Part shown: piece after piece, positions 16,811 through 25,659 of the stretch
Numbering within the stretch: position 1 is the first letter of the stretch
Layout of the letters: each line of letters starts with the position of its first letter
Virus record (IMG/VR): IMGVR_UViG_3300045988_134682
Coordinates: 33,707-97,706 of that record
Origin: a virus
Length of the DNA: 64,000 bases
Strand: one strand, 5' to 3'
The notes under the pieces: model-generated
Databases searched by the model: none
Told to the model about the DNA's origin: nothing
What the model saw: only the letters and a program-made list of their open reading frames with translations
Program-made: the position numbers and the translations under genes

Positions 16811-17167
16811 ATGATTTTTAACTGGAAAGAGAAAATGTTTTTAATTATTCTTTTATGTATATTATTTACATCTTTAAATATGTTTTTTCGACCTAAATCT
16901 GCGGAAAAGATGCAAATTTTTCCATCTTATGATTGGGGAAGTGAAGAAGAAGAAATTTTAGCTTATATTTCTGCAAATACAAATGGAACTGATAAAGATA
17001 AACAACAAGCTGTTATTGATTGTTTAGATTATGTATGGGACGCAAATCATCATTTTAATATTTCTGAATATGCTTCTGCGAAATATAAATTTTATGTTGA
17101 ACCAACCCAGCATGATTATGAACTTGTAAGATTGGTTAAAAAGGGACAATGGGCAACCGATGATTAA
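16811..17167 (+). CDS. hypothetical membrane/secreted protein
   Basis: N-terminal hydrophobic helix MFLIILLCILFTSLNMFF. Confidence 0.4.
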   Translation: MIFNWKEKMFLIILLCILFTSLNMFFRPKSAEKMQIFPSYDWGSEEEEILAYISANTNGTDKDKQQAVIDCLDYVWDANHHFNISEYASAKYKFYVEPTQHDYELVRLVKKGQWATDD

Positions 17168-17199
17168 AGGAGAAAGTTTAAATACTTTCTCCTTTTTTT
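17167..17199 (+). terminator. rho-independent terminator
   Basis: ggagaaagt/actttctcc stem followed by T7. Confidence 0.65.
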
Positions 17200-17226
17200 G
17201 ATTTTTTATTAAAAATTTATTATAAT
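17198..17226 (+). promoter_or_regulatory. conserved-family promoter
   Basis: ttgatt 17198-17203, 17-nt spacer, tataat 17221-17226, then atatatagaaaattaaaggaaggtg. Confidence 0.55.
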
Positions 17227-17258
17227 ATATATAGAAAATTAAAGGAAGGTGAGAAAGC

Positions 17259-18080
17259 ATGGCAGATCTTAATACAATAACTAAAGCGGCTAGTGGTATT
17301 CAAGAGCATTATCTTGAATCTAAACAATACTTTGCTAAGAATAATATTGTAGGTATTTTTCTACAAGGTAGTCAGAATTATGGTCTTGAAACTGAAGATT
17401 CTGATATTGATACAAAACTTATTACCACTCCAACATTAAATGATTTAATTTATAACCGAAAACCTATGTCTACAACTCATTTTAGGGCTAATGGGGAACA
17501 TATTGATTTTAAAGATATTAGGCTTATGTTTGATACTTTCCGCAAACAGAATCTAAATTTTATTGAGATTCTGTTCACTAATTATAAAATCATCAATCCA
17601 ATGTATGAAAAAGAGTGGAATAAATTGATTGCGGAAAATGAAGTTATTGCACATTATAATCCTTATTTCGCAGTAAAAGCTATGTCTGGCATTGCTCTTG
17701 GAAAAAGATATGCTCTTACTAAAGAAACAGAAGCTCATAAAGGAACCTTTGAAAAGTTTAATTATGACCCAAAACAGCTTTATCAGCTTGTGAGAATTGA
17801 TGAATATCTCGATAAATATATTGCTGGAGCGCCATATAAAGAATGTTTGTGTCCAGCTAACCCGCAATATTTAAAAGACATTAAAACTGGTCTTTATTCA
17901 AAAGAAGAAGCTATTAAAGTTGCAGATGAACATATGACTCATATTGATAAAATTTGTGCCCCATATACAAAAGATTCTGAATTTAACTACATTGATGAAG
18001 AAGCTGAAAATCTTCTGCAAGAAGTCCAAGCGGAAATTATGAAGAAAAGTATTGCTTTTGAATTGGAGGAAAAGAAATGA
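17259..18080 (+). CDS. Pol-beta-superfamily nucleotidyltransferase-domain protein
   Basis: GSQNYGLETEDSDID (GS-x10-DxD) motif near the N-terminus. Helical C-terminal domain. Confidence 0.5.
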   Translation: MADLNTITKAASGIQEHYLESKQYFAKNNIVGIFLQGSQNYGLETEDSDIDTKLITTPTLNDLIYNRKPMSTTHFRANGEHIDFKDIRLMFDTFRKQNLNFIEILFTNYKIINPMYEKEWNKLIAENEVIAHYNPYFAVKAMSGIALGKRYALTKETEAHKGTFEKFNYDPKQLYQLVRIDEYLDKYIAGAPYKECLCPANPQYLKDIKTGLYSKEEAIKVADEHMTHIDKICAPYTKDSEFNYIDEEAENLLQEVQAEIMKKSIAFELEEKK

Positions 18081-18865
18081 TTAAACAGTTTTTTGTAACA
18101 GGAGATACACATGGCTGTATGGATCGTTTTACATGGCTTGAAATACAAAATCCAAAAGAGACTGGTATTATTATCTTAGGAGATGCAGGTGTAAATTTTT
18201 ATAAAAGTGCGGCAAGGCAACATGATATTAAGATGCAACTTGAACAATATGGATGTACATTTTATTTGGTAAGGGGGAATCATGAGGCTCGTCCAGAAGA
18301 TGTTAAAGGCATTGAAGAGGTTTGGGATGATGATGTTGCGAATTATGTTTTCATTGAACCCGGTTATCCTCATATCCATTATCTTATGGATGGCTCTAAT
18401 TATGATTTTCTTGGTCATAATACACTTGTAATAGGTGGAGCTTATTCTGTGGATAAATGGTATAGACTTGAAAATCATTATACTTGGTATCCAAACGAAC
18501 AATTAACAGAAGCAGAAATGCAGGCTATTGAAGCAATGTATGCGGGACAAAGTTTTGATTTTGTTTTTACTCATACTTGTCCATTAAGCTGGGAACCAAC
18601 TGACTTATTTTTATCTATGATTGACCAGTCTACTGTAGATGATTCTATGGAAGTTTGGCTTGATTCTTTTAAAGATAAGATTAATTGGGGCGTTTGGCTG
18701 TTTGGTCACTTTCACGCAGATAGAATGGAGCGCCCGCATGTTGAACAATATTTTAAAGCAATCGAAGATTTAGAAGAGATATGGAAAAGATGGAATGATC
18801 CAAATTATTTACTTCCAACTTATTTTAGAAAATCTCCTAATTTTAATAAAGGAAAAACTGAATAA
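18077..18865 (+). CDS. calcineurin-like metallophosphoesterase
   Basis: Motifs GDTHG, GDAG, GNHE and GHFH. Confidence 0.65.
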   Translation: MIKQFFVTGDTHGCMDRFTWLEIQNPKETGIIILGDAGVNFYKSAARQHDIKMQLEQYGCTFYLVRGNHEARPEDVKGIEEVWDDDVANYVFIEPGYPHIHYLMDGSNYDFLGHNTLVIGGAYSVDKWYRLENHYTWYPNEQLTEAEMQAIEAMYAGQSFDFVFTHTCPLSWEPTDLFLSMIDQSTVDDSMEVWLDSFKDKINWGVWLFGHFHADRMERPHVEQYFKAIEDLEEIWKRWNDPNYLLPTYFRKSPNFNKGKTE

Positions 18866-18880
18866 GTTTTTCCTTTATTG
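18851..18880 (+). terminator. rho-independent terminator
   Basis: ggaaaaact...agtttttcc stem followed by a T-run. Confidence 0.55.
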
Positions 18881-18906
18881 ATTTTTTATTAAAATTATAA
18901 TATAAT
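18878..18906 (+). promoter_or_regulatory. conserved-family promoter
   Basis: ttgatt 18878-18883, 17-nt spacer, tataat 18901-18906, then atatatagaaagttaaggaaagg. Confidence 0.55.
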
Positions 18907-18939
18907 ATATATAGAAAGTTAAGGAAAGGATAAAAAGAA

Positions 18940-19122
18940 ATGATTAAAATTCTTAAATCTGGTAACAAATATGGTTATCGGTTAAAATGTTCAAAATGTC
19001 ATTGTGTATTTATTGCATCACAAGATGAATGTCGAAATTCTATTTTTTCATATTTTAGATGTCCAGATTGTGGAAGTATTGTTGAAAAGAAACTTTATAC
19101 TAAAAAAGTAAGACTTGACTAA
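18940..19122 (+). CDS. zinc-ribbon hypothetical protein
   Basis: CSKCHC...CPDCGS pattern. Confidence 0.45.
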   Translation: MIKILKSGNKYGYRLKCSKCHCVFIASQDECRNSIFSYFRCPDCGSIVEKKLYTKKVRLD

Positions 19123-19140
19123 AGAGAGGATTGATACATT

Positions 19141-19959
19141 ATGAAATATTTTATTGACTTTGAAGCAATGCAGTTTTCCAATTATATTATTTCTGTTGGA
19201 TGTGTTCGAGAAGATGGAAAAGAATTTTATTCTCTTGTACATACCCCAGAGAATACAAATAAGAATGTTTCTAAGTTTATCACTGATTTAACAGGTATTA
19301 CTACAGAAATGGTTGAGGCAGCTCCTTCTCCAGAAGAGGTATTCAATGAGTTTTTTGATTTTTGTTTTGAAGATTGCGGCGATGACATTCCTGAATTTTA
19401 TTGTTATGGGAATTGTGATACAGATTTTATCAAAGCAACCTTCCGCAAAACAAATAGTTTTAAAGCAAAAGCAATTCTTGGTTATATGAATACAGATATG
19501 AAAGATTTTGCTCCTGCTGTTAAGGTTCATTTTGGCTTAATCAAACTGATTAACCTCGCTAAAGTTTGCGAATATTTTAGAGGAGAAGAGGTTGTTCAGA
19601 CTCATAATTCTCTTGACGATGCAAAGATGTTAAAAGAAGTTTATGAAGGCTGTAAAAATGAAAAAGCTTCTGAAGTAGATGCAAATGTCTTTATGGAGTA
19701 TAAGGAAATTACAACCGACCAGATTGAATATGAAGATACTCGTTTTGATGTTTTTTGTTGCCCTACTAAAAATTTTGAAGAAGAAAGAACTAAGAAATTT
19801 GAAAATCTTAAAGAAGCAGTTGAATACGTTAAATCATATGATAAGAGCATGAGAAATAATCCGACTGTAAATGTCCACAATATTGCCAAAAGGATTAAAA
19901 AATCCTATAATACAAAGAAACAGTACAACTTCTACTATTGGAAATTTGAGGTGAAATAA
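19141..19959 (+). CDS. DEDDh 3'-5' exonuclease (DnaQ/epsilon-like), candidate proofreading subunit or RNA exonuclease
   Basis: Exo I FIDFEA, Exo II ...YGNCDTDF region and Exo III HNSLDDAKML motifs. Confidence 0.6.
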   Translation: MKYFIDFEAMQFSNYIISVGCVREDGKEFYSLVHTPENTNKNVSKFITDLTGITTEMVEAAPSPEEVFNEFFDFCFEDCGDDIPEFYCYGNCDTDFIKATFRKTNSFKAKAILGYMNTDMKDFAPAVKVHFGLIKLINLAKVCEYFRGEEVVQTHNSLDDAKMLKEVYEGCKNEKASEVDANVFMEYKEITTDQIEYEDTRFDVFCCPTKNFEEERTKKFENLKEAVEYVKSYDKSMRNNPTVNVHNIAKRIKKSYNTKKQYNFYYWKFEVK

Positions 19960-20288
19960 TGATTAAACTTTGGATTGATGATATGCGGCCCGCGCCAGAT
20001 GAATCTTATATTTGGATTAAGAGTGTTTGGGATGCAGAAATGTGTCTTACTACTCTTGTAAGACCAGAAGGAGACATTCTTGAAGTTAATGAAATTAATT
20101 TAGATCATGATGCTGGTGAATATTATGAAAAAGGCGGAGATTATATTAAAATTCTTGATTGGCTTGAATGTTGCCAAAGACTGCGTGGCTGGCATATTTA
20201 TGCAACTTTTAAATTTCATAGTATGAATCCTGTTGGAGTTCAAAATATGAAAAGAGTTTGTAAGGAAGCTGGTTGGAGAATTGAGTAA
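19959..20288 (+). CDS. hypothetical protein
   Basis: Coupled ORF. Confidence 0.4.
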   Translation: MIKLWIDDMRPAPDESYIWIKSVWDAEMCLTTLVRPEGDILEVNEINLDHDAGEYYEKGGDYIKILDWLECCQRLRGWHIYATFKFHSMNPVGVQNMKRVCKEAGWRIE

Positions 20289-20674
20289 TGGAATATTGGA
20301 GAAGACAAAGATTAAAAGAAATTATAAAACACATTGTAGTTGTGGTACTTATTGTCGCAGCTTGTATTGGAATTATAACTGGGATAATAAAGTATTATGA
20401 CCAATTTTATTTAAAAACTGAAGTAAGAGCAGTTGAAGTTATAAATAAAGAAGATGATGTACATCATTCTTTTGTAATGAGCGGGAAAGTTCTTATTCCT
20501 ATTACAAATCATTCATATTATTTATATGGCGTAAATAATGAAAAAGTAAGCGTTTCTTCTTCTATATTTAATGCGGTTAAAGAAGGAGATAAGATACAGG
20601 TAAAATGTACCTATGTTTACTATAAAAAAGATGATTCTTTACATAAAATAGAGTATAAATATTTAGAGGAATAA
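20288..20674 (+). CDS. hypothetical membrane protein
   Basis: TM helix IVVVVLIVAACIGIITGII. Confidence 0.4.
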   Translation: MEYWRRQRLKEIIKHIVVVVLIVAACIGIITGIIKYYDQFYLKTEVRAVEVINKEDDVHHSFVMSGKVLIPITNHSYYLYGVNNEKVSVSSSIFNAVKEGDKIQVKCTYVYYKKDDSLHKIEYKYLEE

Positions 20675-20677
20675 AAT

Positions 20678-21253
20678 ATGAAAATTAAAAACTTTTTTGG
20701 GCACTTAAAAACGGTATGTAAACATAAATATTGGGTAGGAAAATACTGCTTTAAAATTGGTCTTTATAAGCAGGGAATTACACACGATTTATCCAAATTT
20801 TCTCCTGTTGAATTTTGGGAAGGTGTCAAATATTGGCAGGGGACTCGTTCTCCGATAGATGCTTGTAAAGAGGAAAATGGAATGTCCTTTGCTTGGCAGC
20901 ATCATAAAGGTCGGAATCGACACCATTACGAGTACTGGTTCGATAACATTGATAAAGGCGGCACCGCACTCCCAATGCCAGATAAGTATCTTTTGGAGCT
21001 ACTCTGTGATTATTTAGGTGCGGGACATGCTTATATGGGAAAAAATTTTACATATCAAGAAGAATATAAGTGGTGGCAGAATAAGATTAAGAATCCTATT
21101 GCTATGCATCCTGCGACTAAAATTTTTATAGATAAAGTATTATCTCGTTTAGCATGGAGAGAAGAGCATAATGTTGGATATAAGGCACTTTTAAATAAGA
21201 AAAATCTCATTAAGATTTATCACGAATGTTTGAAAGAAACAGATCTTAATTGA
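20678..21253 (+). CDS. hypothetical His/Trp-rich protein
   Basis: ORF; no recognisable motif. Confidence 0.4.
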   Translation: MKIKNFFGHLKTVCKHKYWVGKYCFKIGLYKQGITHDLSKFSPVEFWEGVKYWQGTRSPIDACKEENGMSFAWQHHKGRNRHHYEYWFDNIDKGGTALPMPDKYLLELLCDYLGAGHAYMGKNFTYQEEYKWWQNKIKNPIAMHPATKIFIDKVLSRLAWREEHNVGYKALLNKKNLIKIYHECLKETDLN

Positions 21254-21278
21254 TTTACTTTTAAAATTTTTATATAAT
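21249..21278 (+). promoter_or_regulatory. sigma-70-like promoter
   Basis: ttgatt 21249-21254, 18-nt spacer, tataat 21273-21278. Confidence 0.45.
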
Positions 21279-21310
21279 ATATTTACAATAAATAAAGGAG
21301 ATTGATAGGT

Positions 21311-22492
21311 ATGCTGAATGAAAAGAAAGAAAGAGAGCTTGCTTATGTTGTCAAAGTTGATGAGATTCGTCCTATTGAAGGAGCTGACAGAGTAGAAGTA
21401 GCTATCGTAAATGGTTGGCATATTATGGTTCGTAAAGACCAATTTAAGCCAGGCGATTTAGCTGTTTACTTTGAGATTGATTCTAAAGTTCCAGCAGAAG
21501 AGCCATTTATGTTCCTTGAGCCGAAACATTTTAAAATTAAAACTCAGAAATATTTTAAAGGCACTGTAATTTCTCAGGGTCTGCTTATGAGCTTTGAAGA
21601 CTTCGGTTGGGAAAAGGACGCTTATAAACTTGGTGACTTTTTAACTCAGAAATTAAAAGTAACTTATGCAGTTGAAGAAGATAATGCTCGTAAAGCATCT
21701 TCTGTGGATAAGTATAAAAAGATGGCTCAGAGACATGGAAAATTGTTCTCTCATCAGCCTTTTAGATGGTTAATGCGTAGAACTTGGGGTAAGAAAATTT
21801 TATTCATGTTCTTCGGTAAAACTTCTGATAAGAAAACCGGATGGCCGACATGGGTTTCTAAAACAGATGAAGAGCGTGTACAGAATATGCCTTGGATTCT
21901 TGAGAATAAAAATCCATGGGTTGCAACTGAAAAAATTGATGGTACTTCTACTACCTTTACAATGAAAAGAATTAAGACTCGTTTCTTGAAGAAAGAAAAA
22001 TTTGAGTTTTATATCTGTTCTCGTAACGTAGTATTTGATAGACCAGATAAGTCTTGCTTTTATGATACTAATGTTTACGTTGAGATGGCTGAAAAGTATA
22101 ATGTTGAAGCAACTCTCCAGGAGATTCTCAGAAATCGTCCAGACCTTGAATGGGTAACACTTCAGGGTGAAACTTATGGTCAGGGTATCCAGAAGAGAGA
22201 ATACTCTCTGAAAGAGCATAACTTTATGGGATTTAACTTCATTACTTCTGCGGAAGGTCGTTGGGATTCTAAACGGGCAAGCAAGTTGATGATGGAGTAT
22301 GGTATTCCGTGGGTGCCGATTGTTGATGAAAACTTTATCCTTCCAGATACAGTTGATGAACTTCTTGCTATTGCTACCGGTGATTCTGTGATAGATGGAA
22401 AGATGCGTGAAGGTCTTGTATTCCGTTCTCAGGATGGCGTTCAGTCCTTTAAGGCTGTTTCCAATGAATTTCTACTGAAGTTCCATTCTTAA
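21311..22492 (+). CDS. ATP-dependent RNA ligase-like nucleotidyltransferase (Rnl5/DraRnl-like: N-terminal OB domain plus ligase NTase)
   Basis: Motif I ATEKIDGTS (KxDG), motif IV EGLVFR, motif V SFKAVSNEFLLK. About 200-aa N-terminal OB-like domain. RBS aaaggag 11 nt upstream of ATG 21311. Confidence 0.6.
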   Translation: MLNEKKERELAYVVKVDEIRPIEGADRVEVAIVNGWHIMVRKDQFKPGDLAVYFEIDSKVPAEEPFMFLEPKHFKIKTQKYFKGTVISQGLLMSFEDFGWEKDAYKLGDFLTQKLKVTYAVEEDNARKASSVDKYKKMAQRHGKLFSHQPFRWLMRRTWGKKILFMFFGKTSDKKTGWPTWVSKTDEERVQNMPWILENKNPWVATEKIDGTSTTFTMKRIKTRFLKKEKFEFYICSRNVVFDRPDKSCFYDTNVYVEMAEKYNVEATLQEILRNRPDLEWVTLQGETYGQGIQKREYSLKEHNFMGFNFITSAEGRWDSKRASKLMMEYGIPWVPIVDENFILPDTVDELLAIATGDSVIDGKMREGLVFRSQDGVQSFKAVSNEFLLKFHS

Positions 22493-22524
22493 AGAATGGA
22501 ACTTCTAAGAAAGGAGTAAATGCT

Positions 22525-22704
22525 ATGAGATTTTTATATCTTATAACAGCACTTTTAGATTTAGTAGCTTGTATTCTTTTTATAGTACAAGCTGTACTCG
22601 CTACAACAAATTTTAAGATTGGAACTTCAATCTTTTGTGCTATATGTTGGGGAGTTTGTTTTATTTTGAATTTAATAATGACTATAGATGACTTTAAGAA
22701 ATAA
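22525..22704 (+). CDS. small membrane protein (59 aa, two TM helices)
   Basis: RBS aaaggag. Hydrophobic segments. Below the ORF-track length cutoff. Confidence 0.4.
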   Translation: MRFLYLITALLDLVACILFIVQAVLATTNFKIGTSIFCAICWGVCFILNLIMTIDDFKK

Positions 22705-22723
22705 ATAAAAAGGAGTAAAGGAA

Positions 22724-22915
22724 ATGGCAAAGACACGAGAAATCGCTTGTATTCATTATGTATGTAACGGAAAATGTGATTTGGGCAAAGAGGCTGACTT
22801 CTACGGTCATTGCCAGACTTGCCCAACGTATAAAAAGAAGCCAGGTGGTAAGCCAGCCAGAACGGATAACCGCAGACAAAAAATGGATAGGATTTTAAGA
22901 AAGGAGAAATATTAA
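22724..22915 (+). CDS. small Cys-rich basic protein
   Basis: RBS aaaaggag. CxxxxNGKC...HCQTC pattern. Confidence 0.45.
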   Translation: MAKTREIACIHYVCNGKCDLGKEADFYGHCQTCPTYKKKPGGKPARTDNRRQKMDRILRKEKY

Positions 22916-23169
22916 TGTTCCATTTTAAAATCTTTTATTCAGATCAAGATCCGCAGGAAGTGGAGATTCTTTTTGATAAGAATCTCCATAAATATCGTTA
23001 TGTAAATCTTACTAAACATCATATTTGTAAATGCACTTTTGCATCAGAATTAGATGCTATTAGAGATTTGCGAAAATATCCAAACATTACAGAAATTCTT
23101 TTAACAGCTTCTCCAAAGAGAAACGTTGAAGATTTTATTACCACTTTTGAAGAAAGGTTAGGAAAATAA
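22915..23169 (+). CDS. hypothetical protein
   Basis: Coupled ORF. Confidence 0.4.
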   Translation: MFHFKIFYSDQDPQEVEILFDKNLHKYRYVNLTKHHICKCTFASELDAIRDLRKYPNITEILLTASPKRNVEDFITTFEERLGK

Positions 23170-23465
23170 TGTTTCTTGAATTACATATTTCAAAAGATAA
23201 TAAAAATTCATATCGAAAACTTTGTATTTCAAAAGATAATATGTTTAATACTTGGAGATATGTTTTTATTCCAGATTTAAACGAAGACGATTTGGAATGT
23301 CATATTGAAAGACAACAGTTTCCGAATGAAACATTAGCAATTAAAGAACTTTTAAATATTCCAGGGATTGTAGGAGTAAAAGAATTAGTTGCATTATCGT
23401 CAACTTATAAAGCTTTTACACCAGTAGAAGATTTTGTAAAAGAATATTATAAAGGAGAGAATTAA
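23169..23465 (+). CDS. hypothetical protein
   Basis: Coupled ORF. Confidence 0.4.
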   Translation: MFLELHISKDNKNSYRKLCISKDNMFNTWRYVFIPDLNEDDLECHIERQQFPNETLAIKELLNIPGIVGVKELVALSSTYKAFTPVEDFVKEYYKGEN

Positions 23466-23466
23466 A

Positions 23467-23928
23467 ATGACACTTGATACAGTTATGAAAGAGATGGTTA
23501 CTGCAATGAAGGCTAAAGACAAGGCTCGAAAAGATATTATTTCTAGTCTTGTTGATGCTATTAAAAAGGCGGCTATTGATAAAAATTGCCGAAATAACAT
23601 TCCAGAAGACATGGTTGATGCAGTTATCTTAAAAGAGCAAAAAACCGTACAGGAAATGATTGATACCTGCCCTGCCGCAAGAATAGACCTTTTGGAATCT
23701 TATAAGTATAGACTTGAAGTAATTAAAGAATTTGCTCCAACTCTTATGACAGAGGATGAAATTCGATCTTTTATTAATGAAGAGTTAATTGAGCTTACTC
23801 AGGTCGTTACTGAACCTATTGGACCAAAAATGAAGGGTATGGTTATGAAAAATATTATGCCTAAACTTAAAGGCAAAGCAGATGGAAAACTTATCAATAA
23901 AGTTCTTACTGAACTTTTGAACCAGTAG
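23467..23928 (+). CDS. GatB/YqeY-domain protein
   Basis: MKEMVTAMKAKDKARKDII...LTEDEIRSFINEE...GMVMKNIMPKLKGKADGKLINKVLTELL closely mirrors the YqeY family pattern. Confidence 0.6.
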   Translation: MTLDTVMKEMVTAMKAKDKARKDIISSLVDAIKKAAIDKNCRNNIPEDMVDAVILKEQKTVQEMIDTCPAARIDLLESYKYRLEVIKEFAPTLMTEDEIRSFINEELIELTQVVTEPIGPKMKGMVMKNIMPKLKGKADGKLINKVLTELLNQ

Positions 23929-23938
23929 GAGGTTATAT

Positions 23939-24478
23939 ATGTTTAATAGTCCCGATGGAACAATGTTCAGATTTAAAAATGGTAAGTCTCTAAGTCATTC
24001 TATCCCTATTTTAAATAGGGAAGAAACTATTGATGAATATCTTGACAATATTAAAGTCAACCTTCTTGACAAGCAGAAAACTATTGAATCTTTGAGAGAA
24101 AAGATAGATAATTTTGAAAAAGAAACATACGCAACTAAAGAAATGCAGGATATGAAGAAACAGAGAGATGCGGCGCTGGCTGATATGTGGAGAGGTTTTC
24201 CGATTACTGAGAAGGAAAGTGTAGCTATCAGAGATTGGAAAAAGAAACATGATACTGAAGTTCATGGAAACCCGCATGGATATCATGGTTGCTCAGGTGG
24301 CGGATATACATATATGTTTTATCCAACAAGTATTGGTACTGTTGGATCTTGTAGATGTGATATTTGTCATCAAAGAGCAATGACTGCAGCATGTGCGCAT
24401 GGATCTTATGATCGGAATGTATACCAGGCTGAAATGAAAGAAAGAGGTGGCACTTTTGACTTTCAAACATTGGATTAA
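23939..24478 (+). CDS. hypothetical Cys/His-rich protein
   Basis: HGNPHGYHGCSGGG...CRCDICHQRAMTAACAHG pattern. Confidence 0.4.
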   Translation: MFNSPDGTMFRFKNGKSLSHSIPILNREETIDEYLDNIKVNLLDKQKTIESLREKIDNFEKETYATKEMQDMKKQRDAALADMWRGFPITEKESVAIRDWKKKHDTEVHGNPHGYHGCSGGGYTYMFYPTSIGTVGSCRCDICHQRAMTAACAHGSYDRNVYQAEMKERGGTFDFQTLD

Positions 24479-24618
24479 AGATATTACTATTTATCGTAGC
24501 TTGTGTGACAGGTGCTATTTTAAGCACTAAATTTAATGAGCCAAGTCATATCTATATAATAGGTTTTATTTTTGGCGGGATCGCACAAATTATTTTAAAT
24601 ATAATACATTATTAACGT

Positions 24619-24656
24619 AATGCCCTATCAAAAAGATAGGGCATTGATTTTTTATA
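24619..24656 (+). terminator. rho-independent terminator
   Basis: aatgccctatc/gatagggcatt stem followed by T6. Confidence 0.7.
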
Positions 24657-24672
24657 AAAAATATTATATAAT
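24644..24672 (+). promoter_or_regulatory. conserved-family promoter (overlaps terminator stem)
   Basis: ttgatt 24644-24649, 17-nt spacer, tataat 24667-24672. Confidence 0.5.
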
Positions 24673-24708
24673 ATATATATCAAATGAAAGAGAAAGGAAA
24701 AAATAAAA

Positions 24709-24870
24709 ATGATTGAATTTGGTGGTTGTGACAGATGCGAACTGGAAGACGCTTTAGAGTCTTTAGCTTATCAGGTTCTTCAATATCAAAATCCTGGATG
24801 GTATGAAATTCCAGAAGACGAAATTGTTGCTTTGTTAAAGAATGAAGGACTTTTAGTAACATCCTTTTAA
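24709..24870 (+). CDS. small acidic hypothetical protein (53 aa)
   Basis: Good RBS gaaaggaaaaaa. The ORF-track minus-strand ORF at 24680-24862 is its antisense artefact. Confidence 0.45.
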   Translation: MIEFGGCDRCELEDALESLAYQVLQYQNPGWYEIPEDEIVALLKNEGLLVTSF

Positions 24871-24914
24871 GTAAACAACAAATAATTATTATAAAAGATA
24901 TGAGGTGTAAAAAT

Positions 24915-25655
24915 ATGAGTCATGTATATTGTTGTTCTGATCTTCATGGTCAGTATGATTTATGGGAAATGGTAAAAAATATTGTATATGCAGACAATAG
25001 TTTTTGCTACATTTTAGGTGATTGTGTAGATAGGGGTCCAGCAGGATTCAAGATTTTAAAAGAAGTTCTTGAAGATTCTGAACATTTCTTCTTAATCTGC
25101 GGCAACCATGAACAGATGTTTGCAGATTCTATGCGGATAAAGCATTGCACAAGACTTCATTGTGCTAATGGTGGTCAATCTACTTTTGATGAATGGAAAG
25201 CAGATGGAAGTGATAGAAAATACATTGATATTATCGACAACTTGCCTAAGTGGTATCGTTATGATAATAAAAATGGAGAAGTTGTAATTTTATCTCATTC
25301 AGGTTTTACGCCTGGCCCACACTTAGGATTTCCAGAGTTTGAAGATGATTTTATTTGGAATCGAGATCATTTTGATGATGAATGGGATGAAAAAGGCGGA
25401 ATGGATAATGTAATTCTTATTCATGGACATACTCCTGTACCTCTTTTAAGTCATCATTCTTATGAATATATGTGTGAGATGAGTGGAAAGAAAGCTTCTC
25501 ATGGAGCATATTTCTATTGCAAAGATTCTGCTGGCAAAGCTCATAAAATTGATATTGATGGCGGATGTTTCTTTACAGGAAGTTTACCATTAATTGATTT
25601 GGATACTTTGGAACAAAATGTATTATTTGATGCAAATAGCATTTTTGAGGACTAA
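24915..25655 (+). CDS. PPP-family Ser/Thr (lambda-phosphatase/ApaH-like) metallophosphatase
   Basis: Motifs SDLHG, GDCVDRGP, GNHE and GHTP. RBS gaggtg before ATG 24915. Confidence 0.7.
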   Translation: MSHVYCCSDLHGQYDLWEMVKNIVYADNSFCYILGDCVDRGPAGFKILKEVLEDSEHFFLICGNHEQMFADSMRIKHCTRLHCANGGQSTFDEWKADGSDRKYIDIIDNLPKWYRYDNKNGEVVILSHSGFTPGPHLGFPEFEDDFIWNRDHFDDEWDEKGGMDNVILIHGHTPVPLLSHHSYEYMCEMSGKKASHGAYFYCKDSAGKAHKIDIDGGCFFTGSLPLIDLDTLEQNVLFDANSIFED

Positions 25656-25659
25656 TAAA

